Shown: positions 58,356-64,000 of the stretch, one piece after another | Numbering within the stretch: position 1 is the first letter of the stretch | How the letters are laid out: the number at the start of each line of letters is the position of its first letter | IMG/VR virus record: IMGVR_UViG_3300028591_000111 | Reading direction: 5' to 3' (one strand) | Length of the DNA: 64,000 nucleotides | DNA from: an uncultured virus (IMG/VR IMGVR_UViG_3300028591_000111) | Lineage: Duplodnaviria; Heunggongvirae; Uroviricota; Caudoviricetes | Translations under genes and position numbers: made by a program | The notes under the pieces: model-generated | Database searches by the model: none | The model's input: only the letters and a program-made list of their open reading frames with translations | What the model was told of the DNA's origin: nothing

Positions 58356-59564
58356 CTAAAGCGAGTCAGTATTAGATGAATCCCATCCAATCATCAACAT
58401 ATTATTCCATCCACAAAAATTACCATTGTCATATAATTGATTTAACGTAACTAATCCACATCTAAACAAAGAAGTATCTAAATAACCTTTAAAGCCATCA
58501 CCTTGAACAATTCCATAAGTACTTAAATCATTAGTAACGACTGCAATTTCATATGGAATCCAACGAACGGAATTACTTTGAACAGATGATGTAACCTTAG
58601 AATCTAAAATATCAACAACATTAGACATGAAACGAATATTGTTTTCGCCGCCTATTAAACGTGTACCATCAGCTTTTGTGATAGAACCATAATTATCATA
58701 CCAAGAATTCGTTGAATGATTTATTGATGCTGAAAATTTATAACCATAACGATCAAATACATTGTTTGACTCATCAATTATTGGTTTTGCTCTAAATTCA
58801 TAATCATAAGTCTGATATATTGAATAAGAAAAACTAATAGAACCATAACGCGCTTGAACAAGTTGTTCATCATGTGCAAGTGTTCCAATAATTCTTCCGA
58901 TAAAGTAGCTTGGTATCAGAGTACCTGCCGATCCATCTCTGGTATATGAACCAGAAATACCCAAACAACAACAATCAACAAACAATCCATAACTATATCC
59001 ACATCCTGTTGTTGCATAGCAAGCTGGTGTAAACCACCAAGCGGCTGGACTTGATATACTACCACCTTTTTGTACATTCACTGTTCCACGAAGCAAAGTT
59101 GCATCAGATGGCAAAAAAGTAGAATCGAATGTAGTACCAAAATTACTTGAGCTTCCTGACGGAATTATAGCCATGATAGTACCACTAAGCATTTGAATAT
59201 CGCTCTCAACAAAATCAAGAGCAAAATTTTCTTTTTCCAATGCAATTCCAAAATTAGAAGTACCTTGTGTAACACATAAAAATAACTTACATCCATTAGT
59301 ATTTGTGAAAAACAAGCCTGGCGCAGAAAAAGATTGAACCTCTTTCAATGTATTCCAAATAGGCACATCCTCAAAATCACTTGTTGTTGCGTTTCTGCTT
59401 GTATCTAATTGCCAACCTTTTCCACAAGAAACAATAAAATCAGCAAAATCTTTGCATTGTGCTTTTGCTCGTTCAGTAGCATCTGATATGTTATCTCTAA
59501 AAGGCTGTCCACTCATCGGAGAAACACCGCCGACATAATCAAATCTTTTAAATCTGAATCCCAT
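58356..59564 (-). CDS. ~400-aa paralog family, subtype C
   Basis: GWQLD, GCKLF, PSDAT, GDGFKGYLDT, GWD. Confidence 0.6.
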   Translation of the reverse strand: MGFRFKRFDYVGGVSPMSGQPFRDNISDATERAKAQCKDFADFIVSCGKGWQLDTSRNATTSDFEDVPIWNTLKEVQSFSAPGLFFTNTNGCKLFLCVTQGTSNFGIALEKENFALDFVESDIQMLSGTIMAIIPSGSSSNFGTTFDSTFLPSDATLLRGTVNVQKGGSISSPAAWWFTPACYATTGCGYSYGLFVDCCCLGISGSYTRDGSAGTLIPSYFIGRIIGTLAHDEQLVQARYGSISFSYSIYQTYDYEFRAKPIIDESNNVFDRYGYKFSASINHSTNSWYDNYGSITKADGTRLIGGENNIRFMSNVVDILDSKVTSSVQSNSVRWIPYEIAVVTNDLSTYGIVQGDGFKGYLDTSLFRCGLVTLNQLYDNGNFCGWNNMLMIGWDSSNTDSL

Positions 59565-59590
59565 ACTAAGAACTCCTATTTATGATATTA

Positions 59591-60766
59591 TCAATCACCA
59601 ATGTCTTCGTTTTGTTGATTCCAACCAAAAAGATAATTATAAGAACTTTCTAAACATATATAGTTACCATTATCAAATGTTTGCTTCCTAGAAGCGACAC
59701 CTGCAATCACTAAATCTGTATCTAAATAACCTTTAAAGCCATCACCTGCGACAACACCATATGTATTTAAATCATTTGCAAAAGATCCGACACCAAGAAT
59801 ACAATATCTTGTTTTGTTATTTGAATCAAAAATTTTGCTATTTAATTTTTCTGCACCTTCTGTAAAAAACAAAACATTTCTATTACTGCCATCACCACCA
59901 TTTATCCATGTGCCGTCTGCTTTAGAAATACAGCAACATGAATCTAAGCTATAAAAATAACTACTATTAATTCCGAAACCAGGCACATTTATAGAAGATT
60001 GACCATAATTTGAAGAAAATGTTGAATACAAGACCAATGCCCAACCTTCAGCAGTATCCGTATATCTACGAAAACAAATAGTGCCATACTTAGCTTGTAA
60101 TGTATTGTCTTCTTGATGAGCTAAACTACCAAAGATCCGACCTGTCATATAAATAGGTGTATAGAAGCCAGGTACGACAGAATATCTATTTGAATATAAA
60201 CATATAGTATAAGGTGTAGCCATTATCCAATATCTATAATAATAATCATTGATTGGATTGTATGCTGATGGATATTCTAAAGCAGAAACTGCTGAACTTC
60301 TATAAAAAGTACCACAAATTCTTGTCGCGTCTGATGGTATAAATGTTGTTGTCGTTGGATCGCCGAATGTACTTGAAGAACCTGCTGGAATCATTGATGT
60401 ACAAAAGCCACCATAATAATCACTACCTTTATAAAGAACCAAATCGTTTCCACTAAAATTTTTTATGCCAAAATCGAAAATTTGATCTCCAAAAAATGAC
60501 ATAAATAATTTACAACCACTTATATTGTTTATAAAAAACAATGCTGGATAAGTTTTATTTCCAGTTCGACATGGTATATCTGTAAAAGATGTTATTGTAT
60601 TATTTTTTGTAGTATCTAAAACCCAACCACAATTACAATCTATAAGACACTGTGCATATTTTGATAATAAGGTTTCACTACGAGATCTTCGTAATGAATC
60701 AGAATTACCAGTTGGGAATTCCTCATCACCTGCTTGTACATAAAAAGATCTAACAACGAATCCCAT
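59591..60766 (-). CDS. ~400-aa paralog family, subtype C
   Basis: Start MGFVVRS; GWVLD, GCKLF, GDGFKGYLDTD. Confidence 0.6.
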   Translation of the reverse strand: MGFVVRSFYVQAGDEEFPTGNSDSLRRSRSETLLSKYAQCLIDCNCGWVLDTTKNNTITSFTDIPCRTGNKTYPALFFINNISGCKLFMSFFGDQIFDFGIKNFSGNDLVLYKGSDYYGGFCTSMIPAGSSSTFGDPTTTTFIPSDATRICGTFYRSSAVSALEYPSAYNPINDYYYRYWIMATPYTICLYSNRYSVVPGFYTPIYMTGRIFGSLAHQEDNTLQAKYGTICFRRYTDTAEGWALVLYSTFSSNYGQSSINVPGFGINSSYFYSLDSCCCISKADGTWINGGDGSNRNVLFFTEGAEKLNSKIFDSNNKTRYCILGVGSFANDLNTYGVVAGDGFKGYLDTDLVIAGVASRKQTFDNGNYICLESSYNYLFGWNQQNEDIGD

Positions 60767-60829
60767 GTTTTTACCTTTTTTATTTATAAGTACAAAGAAA
60801 AACAAACAAACTTTAACCTATTTGTTTGT

Positions 60830-62968
60830 TCAATCTTTCAAAAGAACTTCGCTAGAAGGCTCAGAAACTATAAATTTATCATTTTGGTTGTTCGTTAATA
60901 CGCCACCTATAATATATGAGTTTTCATAGATAACACCACCAAATGAATATTCAGCACCGATTAAATTCATATCACTATATGCATATCTTCCTTTTTCAGC
61001 CAAGCCTGAAATTTGATGACTTATTATTAATTGATCTTCATTTTCAGATATGACACCGCCGATAATATACCCTGACGCTTCAAAGACGAGTTTAGCAACA
61101 ACATCCATTGTTATAGTATAACTATCGCCAAACGATCCAATGTTCCACGAAACAGGTTTATAAATTACACCATTACTATTATATTCGCCAGTAACTGTCG
61201 GAAGTGTCACGACAGTACCACTATATCCAAATTCAGTAGGCGGTATTGCTATTGTTATATTTGGTAATGCTGTATTTGCAAAAGATAATATAAATTTGCG
61301 TTCAACAGATACACACCATGCACTAAAACCTGATACATCATCAAATTGTAATTTTAATGCTCCATTATCATTTGTTAAATACTCATTAGATGGCACTGCT
61401 TCCATGTTACCATTATGCAACATATAAGCTACTGGTTGTGTTCCATCATACATGGATATTGTTAATTCATCTATAACTGGACTCCCATTTTCATCATATA
61501 ATTGTATTAACTCATTTGCATTTAATTCTGTATTTAAAACCTCATTTCTTCCATTCGATGTAAAATAAAAGTTCTTTGTCGCAACTGACAAATCATAACC
61601 AATTACAATATCGGGTGTTTCCAAAATTATAGATTTTATTTCTTCTGTATTTATTACTGGTGATTCTAAAATAACAGATTTTAATTCGCTTGTTTCATAA
61701 TCAATCCAACCACCATGAACAATTCTACCACTGTCTGCATTAACAACAAAGTAAGTTAATTCTGGTGGATTACCTTTAACTACAGTACCAGACCATATTA
61801 TTGGTTCGCTCACAAGATCAAAACTAACGTCATAATCTGGCTGTTTGTCTAATATAAGTTCATCACTATCTGTAAGATAGAAACTGTCATCTGTGATTAA
61901 GTCAATCGACTGACTATAATCAGGCTGTTTCACTAATTCTAATTCGTCATCATCTGTTATATATAATGTATCATCAATATTAAGATTAAAGCTAACATTA
62001 TAATAAGGTTGTTTATCCAGAATTATATATTCTGGATAATCTTCGACAATATCTCGTCCAACTTTTGATCCTATGCCTACCGTACCGCCAATAACGAATT
62101 TAGCACCTTGCGGGCTTGTAATTTCACCATCTGCAATAAAGAATTCGCCGTAAGTGGATGTTATGCAGCCGTATGCCGTCTCATCTACGTCATAACTGAC
62201 TGGCAGCGGAACTGTGTGTTCGATTTCAAATCCGAAGAAATAATAGCCTTTTTGATGATATTGTGATAACTGGTTTATTGTGTACTGAGAGCGATAGACC
62301 TGACCAAAAGTGTAATATTGGTCAAACTGCCTACGACGATAAAAGGTTATATCACCATCAAAATCTTTATGCAGATCTATAACATCACCCGCATCGACGT
62401 GAATGCTTAAATCAGTGTCTTTTCTGCCTAAATAAATTGCGTCACTGCACTTAAAAACAAGTGGGTCTGGTGTGCGCAACATACCAATGCGATAGCCAGC
62501 AGGTATTTGTTGCTTAATGAAATAATCGCTGTCTATTGTGATGTTTTTGTCTGTTATCAGATAAATGAGTCCGTCTTTGGCATTCGGCGCGTATTCGTCT
62601 GGGACATCCATATAGTGATAGAGTTCAAAGTCGTTATTTCTCGAATCCTTGAGACTACCACCGAAGCGCATCAGCTTGTCTATGTCTGACAGCTCGCCAC
62701 GGACGTGCATCAATGAGAACCATTCAGACAAAACGAGTTTTCCTAGCTTGTTTATGTTATATATTGGCAGACCGTCAAGAAAGAAATCCTGATAAGTCAT
62801 AAAGAAGTCATCATCCATATTCTCAAATGACATCGTTGAGAGTATGTCTTGCGCTTCCATATTGCAGCAAAATATTATCTCATCTATCAATTCAAGATAA
62901 GCCTTGAGGAAAACATTTTCCTCAAGGTATTTCGGTGCAAGGTATTTTGTGAGTGAATAATCAAACAT
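60830..62968 (-). CDS. baseplate-associated adaptor-like protein, paralog of 45204..47099
   Basis: Shared N-terminal ~285 aa; KQP.Y x3, KS.ILE.P x2 and (I/F)GGV repeats; CTATCTA at 63011-63017. Confidence 0.65.
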   Translation of the reverse strand: MFDYSLTKYLAPKYLEENVFLKAYLELIDEIIFCCNMEAQDILSTMSFENMDDDFFMTYQDFFLDGLPIYNINKLGKLVLSEWFSLMHVRGELSDIDKLMRFGGSLKDSRNNDFELYHYMDVPDEYAPNAKDGLIYLITDKNITIDSDYFIKQQIPAGYRIGMLRTPDPLVFKCSDAIYLGRKDTDLSIHVDAGDVIDLHKDFDGDITFYRRRQFDQYYTFGQVYRSQYTINQLSQYHQKGYYFFGFEIEHTVPLPVSYDVDETAYGCITSTYGEFFIADGEITSPQGAKFVIGGTVGIGSKVGRDIVEDYPEYIILDKQPYYNVSFNLNIDDTLYITDDDELELVKQPDYSQSIDLITDDSFYLTDSDELILDKQPDYDVSFDLVSEPIIWSGTVVKGNPPELTYFVVNADSGRIVHGGWIDYETSELKSVILESPVINTEEIKSIILETPDIVIGYDLSVATKNFYFTSNGRNEVLNTELNANELIQLYDENGSPVIDELTISMYDGTQPVAYMLHNGNMEAVPSNEYLTNDNGALKLQFDDVSGFSAWCVSVERKFILSFANTALPNITIAIPPTEFGYSGTVVTLPTVTGEYNSNGVIYKPVSWNIGSFGDSYTITMDVVAKLVFEASGYIIGGVISENEDQLIISHQISGLAEKGRYAYSDMNLIGAEYSFGGVIYENSYIIGGVLTNNQNDKFIVSEPSSEVLLKD
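61815..62030 (-). repeat. 3 x 28-aa coding repeat L.KQP.Y..S..L..DD..Y.TD.DEL
   Basis: Visible in protein; third copy is partial. Confidence 0.85.
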
Positions 62969-63080
62969 ATAGCATTAGCATAACATAAACAGACAAAACC
63001 ATTGCATTATTAGATAGTTTTGCCGTTTATGCAAGCTAAAACATCACAAAATTTCAAAACCAAAACTCATTATATAGTAT

Positions 63081-63911
63081 TTATTTATATGGATATTTAT
63101 ATGGATAATAAAACATTCTTGAAACAAAATAACAATTTCCAATCTTTACACCATCATAAGTATAATCATAATTCTCATATGGTTGCATTAAAGGGGCAAT
63201 CGTTATAGCACCCCAATTAAAATCACCTTGATACCCAAAGAATGAAACACACTTATATTCATAGCACAAACAACTTTCTGAGATTGCGTTACTTATATCC
63301 GTCTTTCCTAAAGATGTAGCATAACTCCTTACTATGAAATCCGTTCCATCTCTATATTTTACAATAACAAATTTTAAATTATCTCTTAATGAGATTTGAG
63401 TAGCAATTGAAACAGATTGTCTATTAAACTCTGAATTTAAATTACTATAATACACATGATTTTTATTACAATATGGAATGTTTATTTCTGTTGGACTACA
63501 AAAGCAAATACTCTTTTTGTAACTCATGTTTTGAGGATACCCATCTGCACTACCTGAATTAATAACAACATTATAATTTTCTATTATTTTCTTTCTACCT
63601 TCTGTACTAATATAATCATTATACGGATTATTTTTATCAAAAGGCATATATGCATTATAAAATACTGGTAATAAATTTCTTAAATGATCAATACAAAAAT
63701 TACCACTATCTGTGTATGTGTTATTCTCAATTAATTCATCACTTCTTATGAAACCGTTACCATAAACATTTGTTTGGTCATAAAAGAATGGAATTAATTT
63801 TATAACATACGGATTAGAACTGTTGCTTACGATCCTTCTATTCGCTCTAAAAGCATCTTCTCCTGAATCAAGATGTTGAAGTTCCATCAATTCACTAACA
63901 AAGAAGAACAC
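63081..63911 (-). CDS. hypothetical protein
   Basis: 276-aa ORF in structural region. Confidence 0.6.
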   Translation of the reverse strand: MFFFVSELMELQHLDSGEDAFRANRRIVSNSSNPYVIKLIPFFYDQTNVYGNGFIRSDELIENNTYTDSGNFCIDHLRNLLPVFYNAYMPFDKNNPYNDYISTEGRKKIIENYNVVINSGSADGYPQNMSYKKSICFCSPTEINIPYCNKNHVYYSNLNSEFNRQSVSIATQISLRDNLKFVIVKYRDGTDFIVRSYATSLGKTDISNAISESCLCYEYKCVSFFGYQGDFNWGAITIAPLMQPYENYDYTYDGVKIGNCYFVSRMFYYPYKYPYK

Positions 63912-64000
63912 ACAACCTTGTTGTTTTTGAGGTAAAAATTTTGGTTGTGCTACGAGAGATACTAAATCTATATATGATGAAGCAGAAGTGCCATTATTAA

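Noticed and set aside
41485..62968. Diversity-generating retroelement or invertible shufflon acting on the paralog arrays
   Set aside because: No reverse transcriptase or recombinase in the window, no adenine-specific TR/VR pair, all genes co-oriented, and differences in the shared block are mostly synonymous.
230..63208. Many short opposite-strand or alternative-frame ORFs in the track (e.g. 24153..24674, 25509..26051, 29493..30005, 52141..52560)
   Set aside because: They are shadows of real genes, with no SD or recognisable motifs.
1..64000. Stop-codon reassignment (code 15 or 4)
   Set aside because: Long structural genes are intact in code 11 and TAA, TAG and TGA all end genes at sensible junctions; the in-frame TAA at 2777 is better explained as a nonsense mutation.
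1..64000. CRISPR array, tRNA or rRNA genes
   Set aside because: No regularly spaced repeats or cloverleaf seen; intergenic gaps are short and explained by promoters and terminators (by eye only).

Overview
This window is a fragment of a large, AT-rich T4-like (myovirus) phage genome, coded almost entirely on the minus strand in the standard genetic code. Bases 1-29 kb are an accessory/early region of about 70 small, tightly coupled ORFs built from a few paralog families (MKV(K/R)EL..., M(R/K/N)W(H/K/R)..., CxxC...CSxxC zinc fingers, 'G.RFG.L.V...C.CDCG...SCGC' repeat proteins). It also holds a Thr-protease (Ntn-hydrolase) gene, a GNAT, an RNA 2'-phosphotransferase, a dUTPase, a Zn-deaminase and a putative PD-(D/E)XK homing endonuclease. 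Bases 29-64 kb are the morphogenesis region: gp23-like major capsid protein, gp21-like prohead protease, gp6-like baseplate wedge, gp13-like neck protein, a spanin pair, a Doc toxin, and two parallel cassettes, each an adaptor-like gene followed by 3-4 divergent ~400-aa paralogs. Two tnpB-only IS200/IS605-family elements are present; one splits a small gene precisely after TTGAC. Main findings: (1) a strand-oriented (C)TATCTA motif upstream of most late genes and of both tnpB genes; (2) a shared three-way-junction 5' leader on both tnpB genes whose loop is complementary to their own SD region; (3) the twin adaptor-plus-paralog cassettes; (4) a Doc toxin whose candidate antitoxin helix is the C-terminus of an upstream putative virion protein; (5) a GTCAA-N7-TTGAC operator-plus-hairpin promoter class; (6) a 13-bp duplication that fuses a membrane anchor to the protease. 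All assignments come from motif recognition by eye; no searches were run.
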